Shown piece by piece: positions 37,940 through 47,462 of a DNA stretch of 64,000 nucleotides (position 1 is the stretch's first letter; every line of letters starts with the position of its first letter). The stretch covers positions 70,352 through 134,351 of the IMG/VR virus record IMGVR_UViG_3300045994_000055. One strand, 5' to 3'. The notes under the pieces are model-generated. The model was given only the letters and a program-made list of their open reading frames with translations. It did not search any database and was not told the DNA's origin. The stretch is from a virus. The translations under genes were made by a program, and so were the position numbers.

Positions 37940-40900
37940 TTAGTTAGTAACTTCCGAAGTTGTCACTGTGCACACCCAACGAACTGTAGCACCAGCAGCA
38001 CCAGTAACCTTAAATGTTAAAGCACCATTGGTAGCATCAGCAAAAACTTCAGCATCCCAACCACCTGGCTTAGTCAACGTTGTCTTAGAACGTGTACCAA
38101 CTTGAGAGGTAGCAGCCGCGTTTGCATCACGCTTAATAACACCACGTATTTCAAATCCAGCGATGCTGCCAGTTGTGTCAGTTCTACGGCCAACGATTTG
38201 AGCGGTGTAAGCCCATGCACTGTTATTTGGCATGACAAGTCTTCCGCTTGTACCGTCTGTAAATACTTCTGTCACTGTAGCGTTTGTTGTGATTGCACGT
38301 AATACATATTTACCTGTCTGTGCATCACCCGCAGCAGAAAAGCTACCATTCGCTCTAACTTCACCGCCGGAATTTGGAGTAGAAGCTTCCAAACCAGTTG
38401 CCAAAGATTGCGCACCGCCAGCAGTATTGCCAGATCCGATTGCAACAGCGTTGACACCAGTTACAGTGTTAGCAGCAGGAGCACTAACGTTTTCTGTGTA
38501 TAGAATCGGTGCCTTGCCAACAGCAACCCAAGCAGCGCCGGAATCACGATAAACAACGTTTGTGTCGTTTGTAACGTATAAGCGACCAGCAGTACCAGCA
38601 GCCGGTAAAGCAGCAAATGTACCAACAGCCAAGCTTGGTGCACCGCCAGCATTAGCAACAGCGCCTGTACCAGAAGCAGTAATAGCAACGTTGGCACCTA
38701 AAGTAACACGACCTTTACTGTCTACAGTTACTTGGGCAACGTGAGTTGCGTCACCATAAACACCAGCAGTAACGCCGCTTGCTGCCAATGTAGCAGCAAC
38801 GGAGCCCGATGTAGTACCAGTAGCAGTAATGTCGCCAGTCAATGCAACAGTGTTAGGGATAGCTACGTTAGCGGCAGCAGTTAAACGACCTTTGCCATCA
38901 ACAGTAAATGTAGCTACAGAACCAGCAGCACCGTAAGAACCAGCAGTTACCGCAGTAGCCGCCAATGTAGCGTTAGTGATAGCTGTACCAACTGTACCAG
39001 ACAATGTTAAGTCACCGCCAGTTACAGAGATAGACGAAGCGATAGCAACGTTAGCTGCGGCAGTTAAGCGGCCTTTGGAATCAACTGTGAAAGTTGGAAC
39101 GCTCGTAGCAGAACCGTAAACACCAGCTGTAACCGCGGTGTTGGATAAAGTAGCAGCAACTGAACCAGCAGTTGTGCCAGTGGCAGTGACATCACCTGTC
39201 AATGCAACAGTGTTAGGGATAGCTACGTTAGCAGCTAATGTAGCACGACCTTTAGCATCAAAAGTTACTTGCGCAACTTGCGTAGCGGAACCATATATGC
39301 CAGCAGTAACACCAGATGCAGCCAATGTAGCCGCAGCGGAAGCGGATGGTTTAGTGACGTCGCCAGTCATTGCACCGGTTGCAGTCAAAGGCAATACGCC
39401 AGAAACATCAGTTGCTAAGTTGATAGCGCCCCACGATGGGTTGCCAGCAGCATTACCGTGTAATACTGTAACTGTAGTACCTTGGTTAGCAAAGTCTGCA
39501 GAAGCTAATGTAGCCGTAACAGCACCAACACGCCCGAATACGGAGTTAACTTCAGTAGTTAAGCCGTCAATGGCGTCCCAGGTTGTGCCATTGTAAATGA
39601 TCAAGTCACCAACAGTCCACTTATTGTAGCCGTCGATTGTCGTTGTACCAGCTACGCTTACTTTGTAGTATTGGCCCTTTGTGCCTGTACCGGAAACTAG
39701 AGTAGGAGTATTTGTAGTAGCATTCCATGTACCTTGGTAAACTAAAGCGCCAACCAATGCTGTAGGAATTTGTGTGGTTGTTAACTTACCAGTACCGTCC
39801 AATGTAGCAACACCGTTGTTTGCGCCTAGTGCGGATGTAGCAACCGCGCCAATTGCAGCAGGAGTAATAGCTACGTTAGCAGCAGATGTAGCACGACCTT
39901 TGGAGTCAAATGTTACTTGCGCAACAGAACCAGCAGAACCGTAAACACCAGCTGAAACAGCAGTGTTAGCCAAGGTTAACGCTACGGAACCACCAACAAT
40001 ACCAGAACCAGTTACGTCACCAGTGTATGTTAAACTATTAGCGATTGTTACGTTAGCGGCAGTAGTAATACGGCCTTTAGTGTCAACTGTAAATTGTGGT
40101 ACACTTAAAGTATCACCGTAAACGCCAGCTGTAACAGCAGTCGTTGCCAATGTAGCATTAGTAATTGCTGTGCCTGTGGAACCAGACATAGTTAAATCAC
40201 CGCCTGTTACGCTGATAGAAGCGGAAGGAACAGCAACGTTAGCGGCAGTAGTAATACGGCCTTTAGCGTCTACGGTGAATGTAGCATATTGGGAAGCAGA
40301 ACCATAAACACCAGCAGTAACACCGCTTGATGCTAATGTAGTTGCACTGCTACCGGCAGTAGTCGTAACGTCGCCAGTTAACGCAGGGGATTCCAATAAC
40401 CAAGATGCACCATTGTCATAGTACATTGCATTTGTGTCTGTAGAGTAATAGAAACGACCAGCAGTACCAGCAACAGGGCGTGTAGCAAATGTACCAGCAG
40501 CAATAGACACAGCAGAACCCGCATTGGTAACAGCATTAGTAATACCGTAGCCAGCAACTGTAGTTGGTGTGCTAGTGATAGAGGACCAAGCTTGCGTAGT
40601 CAACCCAGAAGTAATACGACCGTAAGCATCAGTAGTAACGGAAACGTATGTACCAGCAGTGCCAGCAGTCGCTAAACCAACAATAGGAGAACCTGCAACA
40701 CCGTCACCGTTTACGACGACAACTTGACCTGCTACACCAGCAATAGTACGTACAGCATAGTTACCAGTAGAAGTCTGCGAGATCATTCCCGCGCCAGTTA
40801 AGGAAGAGATGTTAGTTAACGGCGTAGACTGGATCTGAACAGCTTTCCAGCTTGCGCCGTTGTAGAAATCAACGAACGATGTGTCAGTGTTAAAACGTAA

Positions 40901-41044
40901 TGCACCAGCCGTAACTGTTGGCGCTTGCGCTGTCGTACCAACGGGAACGATTAACGCACCTGTACCAGAGATTGTTACTGTCGAACCAGCTGGGTCAATG
41001 GTAGAGACCGAGCTAATACTGTTTGCATCAAAATTGAAATCCAT
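37940..41044 (-). CDS. Tail fibre protein with repeated VTAGVYGS...TVD.KGR.T.A units
   Basis: Repeats typical of phage fibres; ATG at 41044 with AAGGA RBS preferred over 41107. Confidence 0.8.
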   Translation of the reverse strand: MDFNFDANSISSVSTIDPAGSTVTISGTGALIVPVGTTAQAPTVTAGALRFNTDTSFVDFYNGASWKAVQIQSTPLTNISSLTGAGMISQTSTGNYAVRTIAGVAGQVVVVNGDGVAGSPIVGLATAGTAGTYVSVTTDAYGRITSGLTTQAWSSITSTPTTVAGYGITNAVTNAGSAVSIAAGTFATRPVAGTAGRFYYSTDTNAMYYDNGASWLLESPALTGDVTTTAGSSATTLASSGVTAGVYGSASQYATFTVDAKGRITTAANVAVPSASISVTGGDLTMSGSTGTAITNATLATTAVTAGVYGDTLSVPQFTVDTKGRITTAANVTIANSLTYTGDVTGSGIVGGSVALTLANTAVSAGVYGSAGSVAQVTFDSKGRATSAANVAITPAAIGAVATSALGANNGVATLDGTGKLTTTQIPTALVGALVYQGTWNATTNTPTLVSGTGTKGQYYKVSVAGTTTIDGYNKWTVGDLIIYNGTTWDAIDGLTTEVNSVFGRVGAVTATLASADFANQGTTVTVLHGNAAGNPSWGAINLATDVSGVLPLTATGAMTGDVTKPSASAAATLAASGVTAGIYGSATQVAQVTFDAKGRATLAANVAIPNTVALTGDVTATGTTAGSVAATLSNTAVTAGVYGSATSVPTFTVDSKGRLTAAANVAIASSISVTGGDLTLSGTVGTAITNATLAATAVTAGSYGAAGSVATFTVDGKGRLTAAANVAIPNTVALTGDITATGTTSGSVAATLAASGVTAGVYGDATHVAQVTVDSKGRVTLGANVAITASGTGAVANAGGAPSLAVGTFAALPAAGTAGRLYVTNDTNVVYRDSGAAWVAVGKAPILYTENVSAPAANTVTGVNAVAIGSGNTAGGAQSLATGLEASTPNSGGEVRANGSFSAAGDAQTGKYVLRAITTNATVTEVFTDGTSGRLVMPNNSAWAYTAQIVGRRTDTTGSIAGFEIRGVIKRDANAAATSQVGTRSKTTLTKPGGWDAEVFADATNGALTFKVTGAAGATVRWVCTVTTSEVTN

Positions 41045-41067
41045 TTTATTTTTTTCCTTTTGTGGGG

Positions 41068-41754
41068 TTAATAAACTACTTCTGTAGTTACTATTTTTGC
41101 GACCCAAGCGACGGTATTACCCAACGACCCAGATACATTTACGGTTAGCGCACCAGTCGAGGCATCTACCCCTGTCGACGCGGTCCAAATTTCATTTGTC
41201 CTACCAATCGTAGTGATTGACGGAGTTCCTATCATAAAAATACTGGCTGATGTAGCATCTTTTCCTACTGCACCAACGATTTTAAACGCAGCACCATGAC
41301 CACCTTCGTCGGTGCGTTTAGCAGTTACCAGTACCTCATAAGACCAGACTGAGTTGTTGCCTACAACTAGTTGCGTCATTGCGCCATCCATATATAGCTG
41401 CGTACTTGCTATACCAGTGGTAGTATTGCGCATTATATAGACACCCGCCTTAGCGTCATTGTGTACTTGGAAGTTACCAGTGCTAATAGTTTGATTACCA
41501 GTAAGAACCGGAGCATTACCGAGCACGTTTACTGTGTTGGCGGAATCTGCGTTAGTGTTAGTAAACGCAACCCTAAATACTTTGTTGGTCTCGTCCCAGT
41601 AAATACCTATGTTAGCGGCATCGCCACGGTTTAAGATAAGACCAATGTCAGAGGTATTCGTACCAGTCTGTACGTCATTCATAGGAATCAATGGATCAGC
41701 GAATCCAAACTTGACAGTGTTGATCTGATTCTCTCTGACTCGTGTTAATGCCAT
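41068..41754 (-). CDS. Virion structural protein sharing its C-terminal domain with the downstream fibre
   Basis: N-terminus MALTRVRENQI resembles 20615 protein; NNSVW...RRTD-like...WVAKI C-terminal domain. Confidence 0.7.
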   Translation of the reverse strand: MALTRVRENQINTVKFGFADPLIPMNDVQTGTNTSDIGLILNRGDAANIGIYWDETNKVFRVAFTNTNADSANTVNVLGNAPVLTGNQTISTGNFQVHNDAKAGVYIMRNTTTGIASTQLYMDGAMTQLVVGNNSVWSYEVLVTAKRTDEGGHGAAFKIVGAVGKDATSASIFMIGTPSITTIGRTNEIWTASTGVDASTGALTVNVSGSLGNTVAWVAKIVTTEVVY

Positions 41755-41885
41755 ATTTTACCTACTGTATTGCAATATTTAGCTATTTTCGTTAAATACA
41801 GATAGGGCAAGCAAACTTTGAATAAAGTGCCAGTGTTTGGGCCCACGAGAATCCTATAAATAACTAATATAAAGGTTGAAAACTT

Positions 41886-42623
41886 ATGCGCGAAATTAAA
41901 AAACTGTATCGTTCTACTTACACTGGTGAAGATGTTACTTCCGAGTTAACGTACTTAGATGGCAGATGGCAAGCTATTAGAGAAAATATCCCCAATGTTA
42001 TTACAAATAATCACATCAGTGATAAGGCTATCGTAATCGGTAACGGTTGGTCTCGCAAAGGTTTCGATCTTAGCTTGATTAAAAATCACAAGGGTGGCCT
42101 ATTAGCTGCTGGTGCTTTACAATCCTACGGTTGCAACGCATTGTATCGCGATTTTGCTCCCCACTTCTTAGTGGCCAATGGCCCTGAGTTTGTTAAGGAA
42201 ATCGCAGCTACTCATTATCCAAGTCAGCACATTACTTACGCAAGCGCAAGCGAGTTGCAGGACCATCCAGGTAAGTTCTACTTGATCCCACAAGACCCAT
42301 CATGGAATGCAGGTACTACTGCGACGTACTTGGCTTGCTTTGACGGACACAAACAAGTTTACATGCTAGGTTTTGACGGAGTTGACTCTGCAAATTCTGG
42401 ATATTGCTTGTATCAAGGCACACATGGCTATATTGACCCAACACACGGATATAACGAAGAGTTTATGACTAAGGCCATGGTCAAAGTATTTCAGACATAT
42501 GATGATGTGGAATTTATCCGCGTTATGCCTACTGATACATTCCGTATGCCTGAAGCTTGGAAGTACATGCCTAACGTTCGTCAGATCACATTCCACGAAA
42601 TGTCGTTAGAAGTAGACCTATAA
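41886..42623 (+). CDS. Putative glycosyltransferase-like (MAF/DUF115-type) protein
   Basis: AIVIGNGWSR, YGCNALYRD, NAGTTA, VYMLGFD motifs. Confidence 0.55.
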   Translation: MREIKKLYRSTYTGEDVTSELTYLDGRWQAIRENIPNVITNNHISDKAIVIGNGWSRKGFDLSLIKNHKGGLLAAGALQSYGCNALYRDFAPHFLVANGPEFVKEIAATHYPSQHITYASASELQDHPGKFYLIPQDPSWNAGTTATYLACFDGHKQVYMLGFDGVDSANSGYCLYQGTHGYIDPTHGYNEEFMTKAMVKVFQTYDDVEFIRVMPTDTFRMPEAWKYMPNVRQITFHEMSLEVDL

Positions 42624-43052
42624 AATATGCTCTACAGTGCGTATTTTCTTTAATACGCTATCAAAATTGAAACTTCTCCACACCCCAGGATGTAACGGCC
42701 TGGGGTGATCTTCTATGTGCGTCCAGGCATATCCTCTGTGTTCATGGTTAAGTGTAGGGATGAATTCTTCATCAACTGGTATGATATATGTGTGATACTC
42801 AAACCGTGCATTGTCGGAAGTGAACAGCTCTAGCGGGATAATTTTCTCGTAAGTAACAGTACCAATCTCCTCACTGATCTCACGCTTAAGGGCTTGTATA
42901 GGAATTTCACCAGCGTCAATCTTACCGCCCACAAGTCCCCACTCACCACCATGCTTTGCCCCATTGCGGAGCAAAAATAGATAACGCTTAGTTGATTGCG
43001 AGTAGATTAGTGCACCTACTCCGACAGTAATTTTTACAGTATTATTGACCAT
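42618..43052 (-). CDS. NUDIX hydrolase
   Basis: Nudix box GGKIDAGEIPIQALKREISEEIG; ends in TAG. Confidence 0.9.
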   Translation of the reverse strand: MVNNTVKITVGVGALIYSQSTKRYLFLLRNGAKHGGEWGLVGGKIDAGEIPIQALKREISEEIGTVTYEKIIPLELFTSDNARFEYHTYIIPVDEEFIPTLNHEHRGYAWTHIEDHPRPLHPGVWRSFNFDSVLKKIRTVEHIL

Positions 43053-44425
43053 TCACCTTCGCGGTACAAGCCTTCTACGGCCTTGGACCACTGCCCATTG
43101 AGCCACTTATACTGCACGGAAGTCTTAAGGTTAGTTACGTACTCTACAGTATTGTGTGTACTACTATTTAACGCAATCGTCCACCCCGTCATAGAATATT
43201 GAATAATGTCATTTGCTTTGGCAACCAACGGTCCCCAAATTTGTGAGCTGCTTCCTTCTGCACCTATGTCCCCAAGAATAAGGTAGCGGGTACCTACAGT
43301 AGGGCTCAGCATTGCTGCATCAACAGCCACTTTGGTTGGGTCAATGATAGCAGCTATGGGGCCTAACGTATTAGCTGGTAAAGTATCAATATCAGGATTA
43401 AAAATAAGTTGTGTACTATCAGCTGGATTCAATGCTATTGTACCAATAACTTCAACGTAAGTCGTCTCTGCGCTAACCTCGTCAAAGCCAGCATACAGTT
43501 GCATTCTTGCTTGTGATACGCCGTCAACCATTTTACCGTATACATCAATTAACGGTTGCCAATGATCAGGGGAGCCTATCTTATTGCCATCAGCAGTAAC
43601 AATGTCGCCTTGCTTGTACAAGGTAAGGGTATTACCAGAGTACACGACACCATAGCCTAACGGAGTAAGCATACGGCGCATCATTAAGTTACCTTCCATC
43701 ATCGCATCTTGCGACAATGCACCAGTCTCGTCAAACACAGATGTGATAATCTTTTGTACCACGCCCAACTGTTTAACCTTAGCAGGGCCTGTTATCCATA
43801 TAGGGATTTCAAAAGTCCATGTCATAATGTCAATTTGCGAGTCATCATTCCCTGCCGGCACACTTCGTCCAGTCCACTGAATGTCAGTACGATTAACAAC
43901 AGTAAGGGAAGTCCAGTCAATGTAGTTGTCTGTGTTTTGAATTTCCATACTTGGGTTAAACAATACGCCCAACTGCTCAAATAGCTGTAGCTTCTGTTCC
44001 ATGTTAGACGTCCACATGTCAAGCTTAAACGTAACAGTATATGGAACAGGCATCAAACGCTCTACCGTGTAAGCAGCGTCTTGCGTTGAGCCATATTCAC
44101 CAGTCACAGGATCATAGCTCTTTTGGCGAATGTTCATCTTAGATACATGGTACGGCTCTTGCATACGATTTTGATCGTACCGCATACCTGTAATGTAGAT
44201 TGCCATTGCAGGCACGGTGCTTAACATGCTTTCTGAATTGTTCTTCAAAATAGTTGCAGCTTGTCTGCTTGGGTCACCGTAAAATACAGGCACAGTTTGG
44301 TAACCAATCACACCGTTGCGGTCCTTGCCAAACTCTACCTGGAACCCAGACATCATACGGATAAGTTGGCCCAAGAAGCGGCGAATCTGCCCGCTGTAAA
44401 AAAATGCTTGTGTTTGAATTGCCAT
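43034..44425 (-). CDS. gp15: Tail sheath stabilizer/terminator (T4 gp15-like) with C-terminal extension
   Basis: FFYSGQIRR, VPVFYG, MPVPY, QLFEQL...FNP motifs. Confidence 0.85.
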   Translation of the reverse strand: MAIQTQAFFYSGQIRRFLGQLIRMMSGFQVEFGKDRNGVIGYQTVPVFYGDPSRQAATILKNNSESMLSTVPAMAIYITGMRYDQNRMQEPYHVSKMNIRQKSYDPVTGEYGSTQDAAYTVERLMPVPYTVTFKLDMWTSNMEQKLQLFEQLGVLFNPSMEIQNTDNYIDWTSLTVVNRTDIQWTGRSVPAGNDDSQIDIMTWTFEIPIWITGPAKVKQLGVVQKIITSVFDETGALSQDAMMEGNLMMRRMLTPLGYGVVYSGNTLTLYKQGDIVTADGNKIGSPDHWQPLIDVYGKMVDGVSQARMQLYAGFDEVSAETTYVEVIGTIALNPADSTQLIFNPDIDTLPANTLGPIAAIIDPTKVAVDAAMLSPTVGTRYLILGDIGAEGSSSQIWGPLVAKANDIIQYSMTGWTIALNSSTHNTVEYVTNLKTSVQYKWLNGQWSKAVEGLYREGEWSIIL

Positions 44426-45537
44426 TATTGATTATCCGCTTTTGGTCGTAAGATAGAGTTGAGACTTTGTAGTGTAGGTTTAGGGCCTTGCGACGTTGGA
44501 ACAGTGCTTGTGTCCTTGACGAAACTGTTGCGCAACGTCAAGTTATCAGTTGCACCATTGTTCAAGTTAGTACGTACGGCATCCTCAATCTTAACCCAAC
44601 GCTTGCCGTCATATCGGAATAAACGATTAGGAACGTAGTCTAAACGCAAGTAGTACGCACCAGTAACTGGTGCGCCAGGGAATGTAATGCCAGCGTCAAC
44701 TGTAGTAGCATTTGGCGGAAGTGCATCACCTGTCAAGTAACCGTGCACTTTGTCTGCAGGAGTCTCTTGTACTTCGTTTGGCTTAGAGTGCGTCTTGATA
44801 TACAAGCCAGACGTATCGTATCCAGAGCGACCAACATCGTGTTCTGCTTGGGTAATGATAGCTTCGTTGATGCCTTGGTACAAGTCTAATGTAGACAAAA
44901 TCTGCCCTATAGGTGTAGTATCGCCAGGATCTCCTGGATCGCCTGCCATTGTGTTTTGCAAAATATCCTTGAACTCTTGCGAGTCAGTCATTGGGTTGAT
45001 CTTCACACGCCAGCTATGCGGGAACCAAGTTGGGCTAAAGCCCTCGCTCGCAAACTGTGCGTCAGAGCAAACAAAGAAACGCTTTATCGCAACAGGTGTA
45101 TTCGTATCTAAGCTATTAAAGTCTTTTAAGTGGGGCAATTCCATTACGTCGCCGTTCATGATCTTACGACCAAGCAGTGCAACCATGTCGTTAATGTGGA
45201 ATGTCATAAACAGTGTACCAGTCTGCAGGAACAATCCAAACTGCGAAAGGTCAAAGCTTGTGTCAGCCACCGTGTAATGCCCACGCATCACATACACGGA
45301 TGTATCGTACTTGCGGTCACGATTTTCCAGGAACAAAATGTCCTGGATGTTTTTCTCTGATTGGTTAATGTAGTCAGGAATTGTTGCGTTGGTGGAGCCT
45401 GTTTGCTGCACTGGTCCAAGGTACTTGTGGAGTAAGACGCCCGTGCCACCAACTGTGTATTGCTCGCTTACAATACGATCCAAAAATTTGTAATCTTTAC
45501 TGTGGGTGCCTTCACGCCACATTGACAATTTCGCCAT
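44425..45537 (-). CDS. gp14: Neck protein (T4 gp14-like)
   Basis: LSQFGLF, GDVMELPH motifs; adjacent to gp15; GGAG RBS before ATG 45537. Confidence 0.75.
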   Translation of the reverse strand: MAKLSMWREGTHSKDYKFLDRIVSEQYTVGGTGVLLHKYLGPVQQTGSTNATIPDYINQSEKNIQDILFLENRDRKYDTSVYVMRGHYTVADTSFDLSQFGLFLQTGTLFMTFHINDMVALLGRKIMNGDVMELPHLKDFNSLDTNTPVAIKRFFVCSDAQFASEGFSPTWFPHSWRVKINPMTDSQEFKDILQNTMAGDPGDPGDTTPIGQILSTLDLYQGINEAIITQAEHDVGRSGYDTSGLYIKTHSKPNEVQETPADKVHGYLTGDALPPNATTVDAGITFPGAPVTGAYYLRLDYVPNRLFRYDGKRWVKIEDAVRTNLNNGATDNLTLRNSFVKDTSTVPTSQGPKPTLQSLNSILRPKADNQ

Positions 45538-45604
45538 CAGAGTCTCCGTTTGTGTATTTAGCGTAAATATTGACGAGTAAATCACCTTAATGTAGACTGG
45601 CTAA

Positions 45605-45850
45605 ATGGATTACACTGCTCGCCTAGACTCAATAGCCCCGCTAATTCTCAACGTAAAAAATTGGTCCACACGCAACGATATGCTGAAACTGCATAGGAAC
45701 ATGCGGGCTTTGGCCGCTAATCTAAGCGTGGCAGCAGTAGAATGCCGCAGAATTCACAGGCCAACCGCTGCTTTTGTAGCATTAGATACACGGTTCAATG
45801 AGCAATATAGTGAGTTGGAGCAGTGGTTAACGTTTGCCTTGCTACTTTGA
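45605..45850 (+). CDS. Hypothetical protein
   Basis: Probably leaderless ORF just after a -10 box. Confidence 0.65.
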   Translation: MDYTARLDSIAPLILNVKNWSTRNDMLKLHRNMRALAANLSVAAVECRRIHRPTAAFVALDTRFNEQYSELEQWLTFALLL

Positions 45851-45905
45851 TTTGACTGAATATTCGGTTTAATGTAGAATTATGACTTAGCAATTAGGAG
45901 CGGTT

Positions 45906-46145
45906 ATGGACATAGAAGTTAAAGTTTTGGATCAATACACTCGTGTAATGTTCACAGCTAAACTCAGCGACAGTTGGGTCCATATCCTCACTATGCGGGA
46001 TCAAGTTAAGCCCCACATTAAGAAAGTTACCCCAGTAAAGCCTGGCACTGGCAACGGTGGCGACAATAACGAGTACGACGTGGTGTACGACGGCTACTTT
46101 GTTGCTTGGGAACACTTTGCAGCAATTGGCAACGAAGCAAATTGA
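45906..46145 (+). CDS. Hypothetical protein
   Basis: AGGAG RBS, own promoter. Confidence 0.7.
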   Translation: MDIEVKVLDQYTRVMFTAKLSDSWVHILTMRDQVKPHIKKVTPVKPGTGNGGDNNEYDVVYDGYFVAWEHFAAIGNEAN

Positions 46146-46207
46146 TTTGACCATTAAATGGTTTTATTGTACAATAGTGGCTTAGTAAGTAGTTAACGGA
46201 GTTGAAA

Positions 46208-46498
46208 ATGTTTGTACTGTTCCATGTAGAGTCCACCAAGATTGTCCGTATCCTGCGCAGCGGTTACTGGCAAGATGCCAAGTTTGCAACTGAAGGCGCT
46301 GCTAAGGCTTGTGCTACTCGCCTCTCCAAAGCTGGCAAGCTGGAACTGAACAACCACGCAGTTATGGAAGAATGCGAATTTGCTCGCATTGAAAAGAAAG
46401 AAACTGTTATCAACTTGATGAGCGGCAAGCCTGTAGTGCAAAGCGTGAACACTCCGCTGTGCTGCGATGTGTCCTCTGAAACTTACTGGAGCATGTAA
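46208..46498 (+). CDS. Hypothetical protein
   Basis: GGAG RBS; C-terminal NTPLCCDVSSETYWSM. Confidence 0.75.
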   Translation: MFVLFHVESTKIVRILRSGYWQDAKFATEGAAKACATRLSKAGKLELNNHAVMEECEFARIEKKETVINLMSGKPVVQSVNTPLCCDVSSETYWSM

Positions 46499-46665
46499 TG
46501 CGATCCCCAAAATATAGCGGCCACAAACAAAACGGTGGCTCTGGCGTTTCCAAACATGGCAAGTCCTGGCTGACCCGGGACGAGCTGAACCACATCAAGT
46601 GGTACGCAGAAGTGATGAACAGCAAAAAGAACCGCGGCGATCGCAGCCCGGTTAACATGGACTAA
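46498..46665 (+). CDS. Small basic hypothetical protein (55 aa)
   Basis: TAATG coupling; translated by hand MRSPKYSGHK...NMD. Confidence 0.6.
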   Translation: MRSPKYSGHKQNGGSGVSKHGKSWLTRDELNHIKWYAEVMNSKKNRGDRSPVNMD

Positions 46666-46667
46666 AA

Positions 46668-46844
46668 ATGATTTTACATTGGCCTCAAATTACACTGATC
46701 GTCATCAACGCCATTGGGCTCGGCATTCACTTGGCACGTAACGGACAATCGCGCGATGAGAGTTACAGTTTCGGATGGCAGCTTAGTGCAGCCGTATTAG
46801 ATTTTTGGCTGCTTTATGAAGGCGGCTTTTTTGGAGCAGTGTAA
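46668..46844 (+). CDS. Small membrane protein (58 aa)
   Basis: Translated by hand MILHWPQITLIVINAIGLGIHL...LLYEGGFFGAV; two hydrophobic segments. Confidence 0.65.
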   Translation: MILHWPQITLIVINAIGLGIHLARNGQSRDESYSFGWQLSAAVLDFWLLYEGGFFGAV

Positions 46845-47056
46845 TGGCAAAGTATTGGTTGGGCTCGCTTGGTGAGAAAGACGATTTTGACATGCCTTAC
46901 AAGGATGTGATGATCGACGGCGCAACCCGCATGGGCCCGTGGGCTAACATGACGGAAGAATCCTTTAAGGTGTACGGCACCGGCAAGCTGGGCCTTGGCT
47001 TCGGACAGAAGTACGTCAAGCAAGAAAACGGTAAGTGGCTGAAAGTGGAAGGCTAA
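46844..47056 (+). CDS. Hypothetical protein
   Basis: TAATG coupling; GPWANM...GKLGLGFGQKY. Confidence 0.7.
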   Translation: MAKYWLGSLGEKDDFDMPYKDVMIDGATRMGPWANMTEESFKVYGTGKLGLGFGQKYVKQENGKWLKVEG

Positions 47057-47057
47057 C

Positions 47058-47276
47058 ATGGCACGAATTGAAAATTACGGCTCCAATGTCCGTGTGCGCT
47101 ATGAAGGCAATCCTATGGACAATGCTTACGACGTCTTTGTTGACCAACTTGGCGACGACGGTGTGTGGGTTTTTGCAGTGCTCCGTTATAACAGCATGTC
47201 TGACGACTATGCTTACACTAACGCAAAGCAGGCAGCTAAAGGGCTGCAAAGCCGTTTGATGGGAGTGACCAAATAA
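47058..47276 (+). CDS. Hypothetical protein
   Basis: Tightly packed in operon with RBS. Confidence 0.65.
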   Translation: MARIENYGSNVRVRYEGNPMDNAYDVFVDQLGDDGVWVFAVLRYNSMSDDYAYTNAKQAAKGLQSRLMGVTK

Positions 47277-47461
47277 TGCAAGTTTATGAAATGCTGTCTG
47301 AACAGCAAGCCCGCAAAGTGGGCGAACAGATTATCGAAATGCTGTGCTTGACAAAGAACAAAGATGGGCGTTATAATACGTCTTGGGGCAGTAAGACTGT
47401 CGTAGGCTTGGGCCGTTGCGCTCAACGCATTGTGGTAGAGACCACTAAACTCAAGGAATAA
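47276..47461 (+). CDS. Hypothetical protein
   Basis: TAATG coupling; GRYNTSWGSKT. Confidence 0.65.
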   Translation: MQVYEMLSEQQARKVGEQIIEMLCLTKNKDGRYNTSWGSKTVVGLGRCAQRIVVETTKLKE

Positions 47462-47462
47462 T

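Larger units (their letters stand above)
45570..46175 (+). promoter_or_regulatory. Three tandem sigma70-type early promoters, one per small gene
   Basis: TTGACG-17-TAGACT (~45570), TTGACT-17-TAGAAT (~45852), TTGACC-17-TACAAT (~46147). Confidence 0.75.

Noticed and set aside
23509-41044. CRISPR array or diversity-generating retroelement among the repeats
   Set aside because: The repeats are in-frame coding units. I saw no repeat-spacer structure, no reverse transcriptase and no adenine-specific template/variable pair.
41792-41866. Possible small RNA between two tandem TAAATA boxes
   Set aside because: Pairing is weak and there is no terminator; tandem promoters explain it adequately.
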